Source: a virus (taxonomy: Duplodnaviria > Heunggongvirae > Uroviricota > Caudoviricetes). Taken from it: 8,135 nt of DNA. The notes beneath the pieces were generated by a model. The model ran no database searches. It had not been told where the DNA came from and saw only the letters and a list, made by a program, of their open reading frames with translations. Shown one piece after another: positions 1 to 8,135 of the stretch (positions within the stretch are counted from its first letter, which is position 1; each line of letters opens with the position of its first letter). A program made the position numbers and the translations under genes. Where the stretch lies: the IMG/VR virus record IMGVR_UViG_2630968558_000004. One strand, 5' to 3'.

Positions 1-170
1 TGTTGCCCTGGAAAGTTGATCTGAGCTCTCAGTAAATATCAATACGGTTCTGACGAGCCGCTTACCAAAAGCTGAACTGGATTCTGTCCTTGGTGTGCAG
101 GACTTATGGGATCTGCTGGAAATAATTCATGTGGATGCCCATAACGAACAGGTGATACAGGAGAACAGAA

Positions 171-2192
171 ATGGCGCAGGTACTTGATGAGCTTGTTCTG
201 TCCCTCGGGATTGATGACAGGGACTTTACTGCCGGGGAACAGGCAGTACATGCTGCCCTTAACCGGCTCACGACGGTGATGGAAGGTGTCGCTGACACAT
301 TCAGTCAGGGACAGAAGAAAACCAGTGAATCACTGGAAAAAACCGGAAAAGATGCTGATAAAACAGCCCGTCGAATGGAAGATGCCGGGAAACGGGCGGC
401 CCGTTTTTTTTCAGGGATCCGTAGCGAGATTCTGGCTCTTGCGGGTGTCAGTCTGACGCTGGGGGGGCTGAAGAACCTGGTAACAGGTTTTGCCCGTGAC
501 CTGAACCGTCTGTCCGTGGAATCCGATGCTTTTGGCATGAAGGCCAGAAATCTGGACGGATGGCTACGGGCTGCGCGGGCAAATAATGTTGATGAAGGGG
601 AAATGTCTGGGGCATTTTCCCGGCTTGCAAATGCAAAAGCGGCCTTCAGAGCCGGAAGGTCCTTTGATCCTGTGTTACAGGATTTGTTTCAGGTTGCAGC
701 CAGGGCGGGCATTAGTGTTGATTTAAATACTGACAGCACTGAAACCATCATGCGCAAGCTGGCGGTTATTTTTCCGCGACTGACAAAGTCCGAACAAACT
801 GCCTACGGCAACGCGCTGGGCTTCAGTTATGCCGGACAGCAGTTTCTTGGCTCCGGTCATGCGCTGAAAGATGTGGACGAATTTACTTCCCGTTCGCAGG
901 TTACGCCGGGGCGTATAGCGCTGGCCCGTAAGCTACGAAAAGAGCTTGTTGAGCTCGATCAGACCTGGTCCGGCATCGGGATGACGCTTAGCACCGCGTT
1001 GATGCCGTACGCGCTGAAGCTCAGCCACTGGCTGGAGACACTCGGTGACTGGATGCAGCAACATCCGGAGGAAGTGAACAGTTTTATCACCACATTTCTG
1101 AATGACGTTGAGTCAGTGGCCTCCCTGGCGAATAAGGCTGCCGGAGAACTGGGGGGCTGGCAGAATGTCATTATTACGCTGATCGGGCTGAAAGTGGCGT
1201 CATGGGTGCGGGGGCTGACAAAAGCCCTCAGTGGCCCCGGAGGCCTTCTTTTTGCGATAACGGCGCTTTACCCGGTTGTTGACGGATTACTGACATCCAT
1301 TGTTGGCAGGAAAAATAAGGACTGGCTGGATTTACAAGGTTTTTTCTGGGCTTCAGACGGGACTTTCTTTTTCAATAAGAAAGAGATGGAGACGTATCAG
1401 ACAAAACTGGATGCCGGAGAAAAGCCTGGCAACATCACCCGGGCACAATCATCCACAGTATGGCAGCAGGGAATGCTGGATACTCAGGCTTCTCAGGCAA
1501 CCGGGAGGGAAGCAGCCTTCGGTGAATCCTGGCTACAGGGTATGCGTGCGACGCAGGAAAAACTCGGTAATGCCATGCAAAACCGCCAGCGACCGACGAA
1601 GACCGGGGAAGCCCTGTTAGGCTGGCTGCAACCGAAACTGTCTCAACTGGAGGAAAAATATAACCTGCCGCCCGGACTGCTGCGCAGCGTTGCGATCACC
1701 GAATCCCGTGGTAATCAGTTTGCCGTCTCACCTGCTGGTGCGATGGGACTGTTTCAGTTTATGCCGCAGACGGCCAGGGAATTTGGTCTGAGGGGGAACG
1801 ACCCCTTTGATCCCGAAAAATCCGCAGATGCTGCCGCGAGAAAACTGGGTGGTCTGATGCGTTTTTTTCATGGCGATCTGGCTAAGGCTCTGGCGGCATA
1901 TAACTGGGGAGAGGGAAATGTTCAGCGTAAGGGACTGGCTGCTGCTCCGGAGGAGACCCGCAACTATATTCCGCGGGTGCTGGCGAACCTGCCTTATCCG
2001 GGTGCGGCAATGGCCATACGGTCGCGCCATCCTGCGCCTGTATCGCAGCCCACCGTAACGGAAACCACGCATATCGGGACGCTGAATGTCACCACAACTT
2101 CAGACAATGTGAAGGGGATCACCGATGATGCACGTCAGCGTATAAGGAATTCGGCGCTTGTGTCGGTTTATTCCAGCGGGGTAACAGGATGA
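171..2192 (+). CDS. Tail tape measure-like protein with C-terminal lytic transglycosylase (SLT) domain
   Basis: 673-aa ORF; AGGAGA at 159-164, 6 nt before the only available ATG (in-frame stop at 153-155). N-terminal two-thirds is Ala/Leu/Arg-rich with hydrophobic stretches (e.g. GGWQNVIITLIGLKVASWV, LLFAITALYPVVDGLL), typical of tape measure proteins. C-terminal part carries SLT-like motifs AITESRG, GLFQFMP and AAYNWGEG. Sits immediately upstream of baseplate genes. Family assignment is from motif recall, not a search. Confidence 0.8.
   Translation: MAQVLDELVLSLGIDDRDFTAGEQAVHAALNRLTTVMEGVADTFSQGQKKTSESLEKTGKDADKTARRMEDAGKRAARFFSGIRSEILALAGVSLTLGGLKNLVTGFARDLNRLSVESDAFGMKARNLDGWLRAARANNVDEGEMSGAFSRLANAKAAFRAGRSFDPVLQDLFQVAARAGISVDLNTDSTETIMRKLAVIFPRLTKSEQTAYGNALGFSYAGQQFLGSGHALKDVDEFTSRSQVTPGRIALARKLRKELVELDQTWSGIGMTLSTALMPYALKLSHWLETLGDWMQQHPEEVNSFITTFLNDVESVASLANKAAGELGGWQNVIITLIGLKVASWVRGLTKALSGPGGLLFAITALYPVVDGLLTSIVGRKNKDWLDLQGFFWASDGTFFFNKKEMETYQTKLDAGEKPGNITRAQSSTVWQQGMLDTQASQATGREAAFGESWLQGMRATQEKLGNAMQNRQRPTKTGEALLGWLQPKLSQLEEKYNLPPGLLRSVAITESRGNQFAVSPAGAMGLFQFMPQTAREFGLRGNDPFDPEKSADAAARKLGGLMRFFHGDLAKALAAYNWGEGNVQRKGLAAAPEETRNYIPRVLANLPYPGAAMAIRSRHPAPVSQPTVTETTHIGTLNVTTTSDNVKGITDDARQRIRNSALVSVYSSGVTG
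1614..1934 (+). other. SLT / family-1 lytic transglycosylase-like domain inside the tape measure ORF
   Basis: Translated segment LLGWLQ...AITESRGNQFAVSPAGAMGLFQFMPQTAREFG...LAAYNWGEGNVQRKG; putative catalytic Glu is codon 511 (gaa at 1701-1703) in an E-S context. Boundaries are approximate. Confidence 0.75.
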
Positions 2193-2899
2193 GTTTTTCT
2201 TTCGATAATTTTTCCCTGAATAACTTTTCACTCAATGAAAGTAATGTACTGAGTGCCGTTCGTGGTGGCGGGGTACTGGGACTCATTAACAGTGTACTGG
2301 CACCATCATTCGGTATTTATTACGCAGTAAATGATCCGGCAGGTGCTTACCAGAAGGGGGAAAAACCTTTTTCCCCGGATTCTTTTGTTGCCGTTGAGGT
2401 GGGCGCGGAGGCTTCTGTTTCCACCGTCCCCGTGGAGCAGGGGGCTTATACCACCTTTAATAAAATCCAGAGATCGCAGGAACTGCATGTGACTTTCACT
2501 GTAGAGGGCTGGACGGCGTTTTCCGGGGTTGTCCCGAATCTGACAAATTTTTCCACCACCTCGCGGACGAATGTGCTGGAAACGCTTGAAAGGATGCGTA
2601 CCACGGCAGGACTCTACGATATTGAGACGCCGGACAAGACATGGACATCCTGCGACCTTGTGAAATATGACTACCGAATGCGAAGTAATAATGGTCCGAC
2701 CTTACTGACGGTTACTGCGGTATTTCAGACCGTAATGAATACAGGAGAGGTGTCAGTGGGAAGTACGGATAGGTCGTCTCCCACGGACAACGATAAAGCA
2801 AAAGGGGCCGCATCGGTTAAAACGCAGCCAGTTACGGCGTCGGTGACACAACCGTCAGACGCTGACAGACGAAGTGCCACGAACAGGGAGATCACCTGA
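2189..2899 (+). CDS. Hypothetical tail/baseplate-associated protein (236 aa), function unassigned
   Basis: ATG at 2189 overlaps the tape measure stop (ATGA, 2189-2192), implying translational coupling. N-terminus has a tandem [10 protein letters not shown] peptide repeat; the C-terminal ~45 aa are Ser/Thr/Asp-rich low complexity. No motif I can assign to a family; structural role inferred from position only. Confidence 0.7.
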   Translation: MSFSFDNFSLNNFSLNESNVLSAVRGGGVLGLINSVLAPSFGIYYAVNDPAGAYQKGEKPFSPDSFVAVEVGAEASVSTVPVEQGAYTTFNKIQRSQELHVTFTVEGWTAFSGVVPNLTNFSTTSRTNVLETLERMRTTAGLYDIETPDKTWTSCDLVKYDYRMRSNNGPTLLTVTAVFQTVMNTGEVSVGSTDRSSPTDNDKAKGAASVKTQPVTASVTQPSDADRRSATNREIT

Positions 2900-3201
2900 T
2901 GCTGGAAATTGTTTTATCTCCCGTTAAAGCCCAGCAGTTTACGGTGACACTGGGCGCTCAGGTCTGCACCATTCGCCTGAATCAGCGTACTACGGGGATG
3001 TATATCGATATCATTGTTAATGGTGAACCGTGCCTGTATGGCGTGCTGTGTCTGAATAATAACCGGATTGTCCGGTACGGATACCTGCCGTTTCAGGGGG
3101 ACCTGTTTTTTACCGACACGGAGGGGAATAGTGACCCTGACTGGCGGGGGCTCGGATCCCGGTACCGGCTCTACTGGCTGTTACCTGAGGAACTGATATG
3201 A
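2899..3201 (+). CDS. Hypothetical small protein (100 aa), function unassigned
   Basis: ATG at 2899 overlaps the upstream TGA (TGATG, 2897-2901); GGGAG at 2886-2890. Three Cys residues. No recognisable motif. Position between tape measure and spike suggests a baseplate-hub accessory, but that is inference. Confidence 0.65.
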   Translation: MLEIVLSPVKAQQFTVTLGAQVCTIRLNQRTTGMYIDIIVNGEPCLYGVLCLNNNRIVRYGYLPFQGDLFFTDTEGNSDPDWRGLGSRYRLYWLLPEELI

Positions 3202-4067
3202 GCTACAGACAACGTAAAATAACGGTGGAGTTCACTCTTTCAGACGGGCGAACGTTTGGTAATGGCCAGGGCAATATGCTGACCATTACCGACGCAAGCT
3301 GTTTTGCCAGTATTGCCGTATATGGAGGGGTGGCTGGTACACAAATCACGCTGTATATCTGGGGAATGTCACCGGCGCATATGACGAATTTAAGCTGGCG
3401 CGGTGTGTGGCGACAGGAGCAGAGTACCGCAAATAAAATGCGGCTGTGGGCCGACGGGCGGCTTATTTTTGAAGGTGATATTACTGATGCATACGCCGAC
3501 TACAACCAGGCACCGGATATTCCGCTCATTCTGACAGGACAGATTCATTTTAATCTGCGTAATCAGACGGCGGCAGATTTCAGCGCAAAGGGCGATGTTG
3601 CGGTTGCAGATATTATCCGTGCGCTGGCGTCAACTGTCGGGCTTGGATTTGAAAACCAGGGGGTCAGCCGCAGTCTGTCTGACCCGCATTTTTCCGGTAA
3701 TGTTGTACAACAAATGCTGGATGTCGCTTCAGCCGCCGATATTAACATTGATCTGGGGAATGTGGAGAAAGTCACCATCTGGCCGAAAGGGCAGAACCGG
3801 AATATTCCGCCGGTACTGATTTCGCCGGATCACGGACTGACTGGCTATCCGGTTTACACCATGACCGGACTCAGCGCCACCACGATATTCTGCCCCGATC
3901 TCTTTACTGGCAGGCCAGCGCATCTGGAATCGTCACTGCCTGATATGACGGGCGATTATACGATCACAGGGGTGATACACACCATTACTTCGCGAACCGT
4001 GGGCGGTCCGTGGAGTTCCAACTGTACCATGATGAGGGCTGAAGAAAATGGCACAACCACTCAGTAA
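3198..4067 (+). CDS. Hypothetical tail/baseplate protein (289 aa), possible hub-region component
   Basis: ATG at 3198 overlaps the upstream stop (ATGA, 3198-3201); GAGGA at 3187-3191. 3' end overlaps the next gene by 20 nt. No motif I can confidently assign. Confidence 0.7.
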   Translation: MSYRQRKITVEFTLSDGRTFGNGQGNMLTITDASCFASIAVYGGVAGTQITLYIWGMSPAHMTNLSWRGVWRQEQSTANKMRLWADGRLIFEGDITDAYADYNQAPDIPLILTGQIHFNLRNQTAADFSAKGDVAVADIIRALASTVGLGFENQGVSRSLSDPHFSGNVVQQMLDVASAADINIDLGNVEKVTIWPKGQNRNIPPVLISPDHGLTGYPVYTMTGLSATTIFCPDLFTGRPAHLESSLPDMTGDYTITGVIHTITSRTVGGPWSSNCTMMRAEENGTTTQ

Positions 4068-4725
4068 CCCGACAGACGTGAACAGCGAAATCAATGCACA
4101 GGACTTTATGCTGCGGCAGTTTCTCGGACGTCATGCGTTTATCACTCTGGGACGGGTGGTAGCCGTGGAAGAGGAATTTATTGAGGCCCGACCGATGGTA
4201 ATGGGCGTTGCAGCAGACGGTTCCCCGGTTGAACATGAGGTGATTTATAACATTCCCGTATGGCGACTACAGGGGGGCGGTAATGCGGTGATTATGCCGC
4301 CACATGTGGGGGATATCGGTTTTCTTGCCATCTGCGATCGGGATATCAGTGCGGTAAAAGCCACGCGTCAGGCTGCGATGCCGGGATCAAAGCGTACCCA
4401 TAATTATGCTGATGCCATCTGGCTGGGTGGCGTGCTCAACGGTGATCCCGTCCAGTTTGTGGTATTTGATGACAACCAGATACGGATTGTATCTCCCTGG
4501 AAAGTGGAGATATCCGCGCCTGAGGGTGTGATTAATGCGCCGAAAAGCTTCACCGTTAACTCACCACAAATTGCGCTGAACGGCGATACCTCCGTCAGTA
4601 AGGGGCTTAACGTTACCGGGCAGTCCAGGCTTTCCGGCGGTTCGAACATCGGGGGTATTGATTTTGGAAACCACGTTCACGGCGGCGTTGAGTCCGGCGG
4701 CTCAACCACGCAGGGACCCCGGTAA
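4048..4725 (+). CDS. Baseplate spike / baseplate assembly protein V-like (gpV family)
   Basis: 225-aa ORF. The C-terminus GIDFGNHVHGGVESGGSTTQGPR matches the His-x-His...Gly-Gly-x-Thr...Pro tail I recall from P2 gpV-type spike proteins. Position immediately upstream of the small protein and J-like gene matches the V-W-J order of P2/Mu-type baseplates. Confidence 0.75.
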   Translation: MAQPLSNPTDVNSEINAQDFMLRQFLGRHAFITLGRVVAVEEEFIEARPMVMGVAADGSPVEHEVIYNIPVWRLQGGGNAVIMPPHVGDIGFLAICDRDISAVKATRQAAMPGSKRTHNYADAIWLGGVLNGDPVQFVVFDDNQIRIVSPWKVEISAPEGVINAPKSFTVNSPQIALNGDTSVSKGLNVTGQSRLSGGSNIGGIDFGNHVHGGVESGGSTTQGPR

Positions 4726-4737
4726 ACAGGAGAAAAC

Positions 4738-5094
4738 ATGCAGTCACGATCATTTCTTCTTGACACCGGGACATGGGATATCCTGCTTGATGATACCGGA
4801 AATCTTGCCATTACTGATAATCCCCATGCGGTAGCTCAGGATGTGGCGTGTGCGTGCAGTACTTTTCTGGGGGAGTGCTGGTACGACTCAACGGCTGGCA
4901 TACCTTACTGGCCACGCATCCTCGGACACTGGCCCGGCACACAACTGGTGAATGCCACTCTGCAACAGGAAGCACTTAAACTGCCGACCGTGAGCGCCGC
5001 TGTCTGCCAGGTCACAGCTGATCAAACCCGGACAGTAACAGGTGTGCTGCGTATTACAGATACCAATAATGACATTTTTACGGTACTGCTATGA
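4738..5094 (+). CDS. Small baseplate protein at the gpW/gp25 position (118 aa); family uncertain
   Basis: AGGAGA at 4728-4733, 4 nt before the ATG. Stop overlaps the start of the J-like gene (ATGA, 5091-5094). Assigned by synteny only; I do not see the Glu-Pro-Arg signature I associate, from memory, with gp25/gpW-like proteins. Confidence 0.65.
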   Translation: MQSRSFLLDTGTWDILLDDTGNLAITDNPHAVAQDVACACSTFLGECWYDSTAGIPYWPRILGHWPGTQLVNATLQQEALKLPTVSAAVCQVTADQTRTVTGVLRITDTNNDIFTVLL

Positions 5095-6332
5095 GTGAAA
5101 ATAAATCTTTTTCTACCGCAGTGCCCGCTGTACAGATTTCGGATAGCGGGCTGAATGTGCCGGATGAAGCGGATATTCTGAGCGGCAGGCTTGCTGATTT
5201 TTCGGCGGCGCTGGGCGGGGCCATGAGTACCAGTCTGAGCAGTCCGCAGGGACAACTTGCATCCAGCGAAAGCGCCATTATTGCGGATAAAAACGATCAG
5301 TTGCTGTATATCGTTAACCAGATCAACCCTGACTTTTCCAGTGGTCGCTTTCAGGATGCAATAGGCAGGATTTATTTCCTGGAGCGCCGCGGGGCCACAG
5401 GTACGACAGTAACAGCGACCTGTACCGGGCTGGTTGGCACGCTGATCCCGGCGGGCAGTATGGCGCAGGATGAGGCCGGTTATAAGTATGTCAGTCAGTC
5501 AGACGTCACTATCGGCGCATCAGGGCAGGTTGATGCGGTATTTCTGAATTTGTCCACCGGCCCCGTCGGCTGTTCTGTGGGGACGCTGAATAAAATTTAT
5601 AAGGCAATACCTGGCTGGTCAGGTGTCACTAACGCCAGTGCCGGTGTGCCGGGCAGCGATGAGGAAACCCGTGCGGACTTTGAAAACCGCCGACGCGATT
5701 CAGTTGCCCGTAATGCCCGGAATATTCTGGAAGCCATCCGGGGTGAAATACTCTCCACGATAGAAAACGTGGTGGATGTTTACGTCACCCATAATCCGAA
5801 AAAAACAGAACAAAAAGCCGGAGTCAGTCAGTATCCATTAACACCCGGTTCGCTTTATGTTGGCGTGTACGGCGGCAGCCCGGCAGATATCGCGGCGGCC
5901 ATCTGGCGTAAGGCTCCGCCGGGTATTGATATGAATGGCAACACAACGTTCACTGTTGCAGATAAGGAGTACGATCCGCCGTATCCTGAATACGTGATCA
6001 GCTGGCAGACACTTAAACCCGTCAGTCTGCATGTCAGTGTGACGCTGAAAAAAAGTGACTACCTGCCTTCAGATATTACCCGACAGGTACAGCAATCCGT
6101 GCTGGACGCATTTAATGGTACAGATGGTGGTCTGCGGGCAAGGGTTGCCTCTGTTGTCTCTGCCGGGCGCTACTATGCCGGCATTTACAAAACCTATCCG
6201 GAACATATTGATATTCTGGGCCTTACTGTGAGCCGTGACGGTTCGTCATGGACAACGGCTGTCACTTTCGGGATAGATGAGATTCCGGTTCTGGATGTGT
6301 CGGATATCAGTGTGAAACTCCAGGAGGCATAA
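5091..6332 (+). CDS. Baseplate J-like protein (gpJ / Mu gp47 / T4 gp6 class)
   Basis: 413-aa ORF, translationally coupled to the upstream gene. Contains GSDEETRADFENRRRDSV, resembling the acidic SD.D..R.R segment recalled from P2 gpJ-type proteins. Size and position (after V and the small protein, before the gpI-position gene and tail fiber) fit. Confidence 0.8.
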   Translation: MSENKSFSTAVPAVQISDSGLNVPDEADILSGRLADFSAALGGAMSTSLSSPQGQLASSESAIIADKNDQLLYIVNQINPDFSSGRFQDAIGRIYFLERRGATGTTVTATCTGLVGTLIPAGSMAQDEAGYKYVSQSDVTIGASGQVDAVFLNLSTGPVGCSVGTLNKIYKAIPGWSGVTNASAGVPGSDEETRADFENRRRDSVARNARNILEAIRGEILSTIENVVDVYVTHNPKKTEQKAGVSQYPLTPGSLYVGVYGGSPADIAAAIWRKAPPGIDMNGNTTFTVADKEYDPPYPEYVISWQTLKPVSLHVSVTLKKSDYLPSDITRQVQQSVLDAFNGTDGGLRARVASVVSAGRYYAGIYKTYPEHIDILGLTVSRDGSSWTTAVTFGIDEIPVLDVSDISVKLQEA

Positions 6333-6333
6333 C

Positions 6334-6939
6334 GTGCAGAATGTGGCTGCCACTGTGCTTGCGCAGTATGCTGCCAGCCCCCGACTCAATGCCCTCATTA
6401 ACAGCTTTAACGCAGCGCTTTCCCCCGACAGTTTTATCAGTGATTTTTATGGTCTTATCTGGAACATCGATACCGCAGAAAAGTACGGTCTTGATGTCTG
6501 GGGGAAGATTGTGGGTGTCAGTCGCCGGCTGACGGTAAAGGACGATTTTAATTACCTGGGCTTCAGCGAGTCCAGGATGGACACCCCGGTAATGGATGAT
6601 CCCCGTCCGTTTAATCAGGCACCGTTTTACAACGGAAAATCGGATACCCGGACTGTTGACCTGTCTGATGCTGTATACCGGCGGCTGATACTGATGAAAG
6701 CCATGTCGAACATTACTGACTGTTCCGTTCCGGATATTAACCGGATGCTGAGATTTATGTTCGGAAAAAAACGCCGGGCTTATGTTCTGAATAATGGTGG
6801 ATTGAGGATGAGTTACATCTTTGAGTCCGCGCTCTCGTTGGCAGAACTGGCGATTATCCAGTCGTCGGGTGCACTGCCATCCCCGCCGGGTGTTTATGTT
6901 TCAGTGGTTTTAAAGGAGCCCCGTAATGAAGGCCAGTGA
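6334..6939 (+). CDS. Baseplate/tail protein at the gpI position (201 aa), possibly DUF2612-like
   Basis: Starts at GTG 6334 with AGGAGG at 6322-6327, 6 nt upstream and 1 nt after the J-like stop (6330-6332). Overlaps the tail fiber start by 14 nt. Family call is from synteny; the DUF name is a recollection, not a verified match. Confidence 0.7.
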   Translation: MQNVAATVLAQYAASPRLNALINSFNAALSPDSFISDFYGLIWNIDTAEKYGLDVWGKIVGVSRRLTVKDDFNYLGFSESRMDTPVMDDPRPFNQAPFYNGKSDTRTVDLSDAVYRRLILMKAMSNITDCSVPDINRMLRFMFGKKRRAYVLNNGGLRMSYIFESALSLAELAIIQSSGALPSPPGVYVSVVLKEPRNEGQ

Positions 6940-8135
6940 TAACCCCCGCCAGCTGACGGTCCCCTTTGCGAGTACCGGAGATAAAAACCGTATCCCGGAC
7001 AAGGCGACACAGCAGACCAGAGAGAGCGGTAATGCTGCGTATGATTCAGGTTTTCCTCCGGTGACCATGACAGCGGTCTCAGCGGGAGGTATACCGCCAC
7101 ACGGCAAGGATTTTAACGGTCTGATGTACGATATTACCGCAGCAATACGGTTCGCCCAGGCTGGCGGTTTGTACACGTATAATGCCGGTTTTGCGGGGGC
7201 CATTGGTGGATATGCAAAAGGAGCCATTCTCGCCGGAGTCGCAACAACAGCGGTCTGGCTGAATACCACAGACGATAACCTGACCGATCCTGAAGGCTCC
7301 GACAGTGCGGGCTGGGTAAATCTTCTTGAGGATCCGAAAAGGATATTCCTGCGGCAGAAGAACAATCTGTCAGACCTTCAGAATAAAGGGACGGCACGGG
7401 ATAATCTTCAGGTTTACAGTAAAGAGCAGTCAGATCAACGCTATGTTCATCGGGAAGGCGATAAAATAACCGGAGAGCTGAAAATCCGTGGTGTTAATGC
7501 GCTGAGGATTTTCAACGACGCTTTTGGTCTTATTTTTCGTCGTTCGGAAGAGTGTCTGCACCTCATTCCTACCTGGGAAAATCAGGGCGAGAATGGCGAT
7601 ATTGGTCCACTTCGTCCGTTCACTATTAATCTGCGGACGGGTGAAATATCCATGTCGCATAAAGTGTCTGTTGGCGGTGGTTTGCAGGTCAATGGTGCGC
7701 TGGGTATCGGCGTTCAGAACGCGCTGGGCGGAAATTCAATTGCTTTCGGGGATAACGATACCGGCCTGAAACAGAACGGCGATGGTCTGCTTGATGTTTA
7801 TGCAAATGGCCAGCGAGTATTCCGTTTTCAGAATGGTGTGACTATTGCTTTTAAGAATATTCAGGCCGGAACTGCCAGAAAATTCACGTTATCCAGCGCC
7901 AACAACTCCACGAAAAACGCAACGTTTAATTTATGGGGTAATTCATCCCGTCCCGTAGTTGCAGAGCTTGGTGATGATTCCGGCTGGCATTTCTACAGCC
8001 AGAGAAATACCGATGGCAGTATCACATTCGCTGTAAACGGACAGATGACCCCATCAAACTATGGAAATTTCGATGCCCGCTATCAGCAGCGAAATGGCGG
8101 CGTGCAGGATGTGCGTTATGGTTCCGAAATGTATT
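6926..8135 (+). CDS. Tail fiber protein, N-terminal ~403 codons (3'-truncated by window end)
   Basis: Not in the supplied ORF track. ATG at 6926 with AAGGAG at 6913-6918 (7 nt spacing); frame 2 stays open from 6926 to 8135, which I checked codon by codon. Translation begins [21 protein letters not shown]... and continues with Gly/Asn/Thr-rich segments ([41 protein letters not shown]; [43 protein letters not shown]) typical of fibre shafts. Last gene after the baseplate genes, as expected for a tail fiber. Confidence 0.8.
   Translation, partial: MKASDNPRQLTVPFASTGDKNRIPDKATQQTRESGNAAYDSGFPPVTMTAVSAGGIPPHGKDFNGLMYDITAAIRFAQAGGLYTYNAGFAGAIGGYAKGAILAGVATTAVWLNTTDDNLTDPEGSDSAGWVNLLEDPKRIFLRQKNNLSDLQNKGTARDNLQVYSKEQSDQRYVHREGDKITGELKIRGVNALRIFNDAFGLIFRRSEECLHLIPTWENQGENGDIGPLRPFTINLRTGEISMSHKVSVGGGLQVNGALGIGVQNALGGNSIAFGDNDTGLKQNGDGLLDVYANGQRVFRFQNGVTIAFKNIQAGTARKFTLSSANNSTKNATFNLWGNSSRPVVAELGDDSGWHFYSQRNTDGSITFAVNGQMTPSNYGNFDARYQQRNGGVQDVRYGSEMY

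Noticed and set aside
39-298. Minus-strand ORFs 39..251 and 104..298 spanning the upstream spacer and tape measure start
   Set aside because: Short, no convincing start context, and they overlap the tape measure ribosome-binding site and start codon on the opposite strand; no motif supports them.
404-411. Homopolymer runs (T8 at 404-411, T7 at 1862-1868, A7 at 5799-5805) as possible phase-variation or frameshift sites
   Set aside because: The runs sit inside structural genes and encode ordinary Phe-Phe or Lys-Lys dipeptides. No alternative frame downstream gives a plausible extended product, and phase variation of phage baseplate genes by such tracts is not something I can support from sequence alone.
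1300-1620. 106-aa + strand ORF in an alternative frame inside the tape measure gene
   Set aside because: Very basic (Arg/Lys/Trp-rich) with no ribosome-binding site and fully nested in the tape measure frame; consistent with an out-of-frame artefact.
1728-2072. 114-aa minus-strand ORF antisense to the SLT domain region
   Set aside because: Arg-rich antisense-frame product overlapping the best-supported domain in the window; almost certainly spurious.
6341-6532. 63-aa + strand ORF from ATG 6341, an alternative frame to the gpI-position gene
   Set aside because: The GTG at 6334 with AGGAGG at optimal spacing gives a 201-aa product that fills the space up to the tail fiber; the ATG 6341 frame ends after 63 codons and looks like an artefact.
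6910-7365. 151-aa minus-strand ORF antisense to the tail fiber 5' region
   Set aside because: Lies entirely inside a well-supported + strand gene. Its Ala/Pro/Ser/Leu-rich composition is typical of antisense frames of coding DNA, and I see no ribosome-binding site or recognisable motif.
7524-7769. 81-aa + strand ORF in frame 3 inside the tail fiber region
   Set aside because: Out of frame with the continuous tail fiber reading frame (frame 2, open 6926-8135); Arg/Cys-rich composition suggests a spurious overlap.
1-8135. CRISPR arrays, tRNA/rRNA genes, IS elements or long direct/inverted repeats
   Set aside because: Reading through the window I found no repeat-spacer periodicity, no tRNA-like cloverleaf candidates in the short non-coding stretches, and no terminal inverted repeats or transposase-like ORFs; essentially all sequence is occupied by the structural operon.

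Overview
The window is almost entirely one co-directional (+ strand) block of nine tightly packed, translationally coupled genes that reads as the late tail/baseplate module of a contractile-tailed phage or prophage (a phage-tail-like particle cannot be excluded). Base composition and codon usage look enterobacterial, which is inference only. In order: a tape-measure-like protein with a C-terminal lytic transglycosylase (SLT) domain, three proteins I cannot assign (236, 100 and 289 aa), a gpV-like baseplate spike, a small 118-aa baseplate-position protein, a baseplate J-like protein, a 201-aa gpI-position protein, and the 5' part of a tail fiber gene that runs off the window. The tail fiber ORF is absent from the supplied ORF track because it has no stop in the window; I found it by reading frame 2 from 6926. 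I see no rRNA, tRNA, CRISPR array, IS element, integrase or recognisable defence or toxin gene. I do not find an obviously new system here; the parts worth a second look are the unassigned trio between tape measure and spike, the 118-aa protein, the SLT fusion and the truncated tail fiber. All minus-strand ORFs in the track lie antisense inside these genes and I treat them as spurious. Product calls rest on motifs recalled from memory and gene order, not on database searches.
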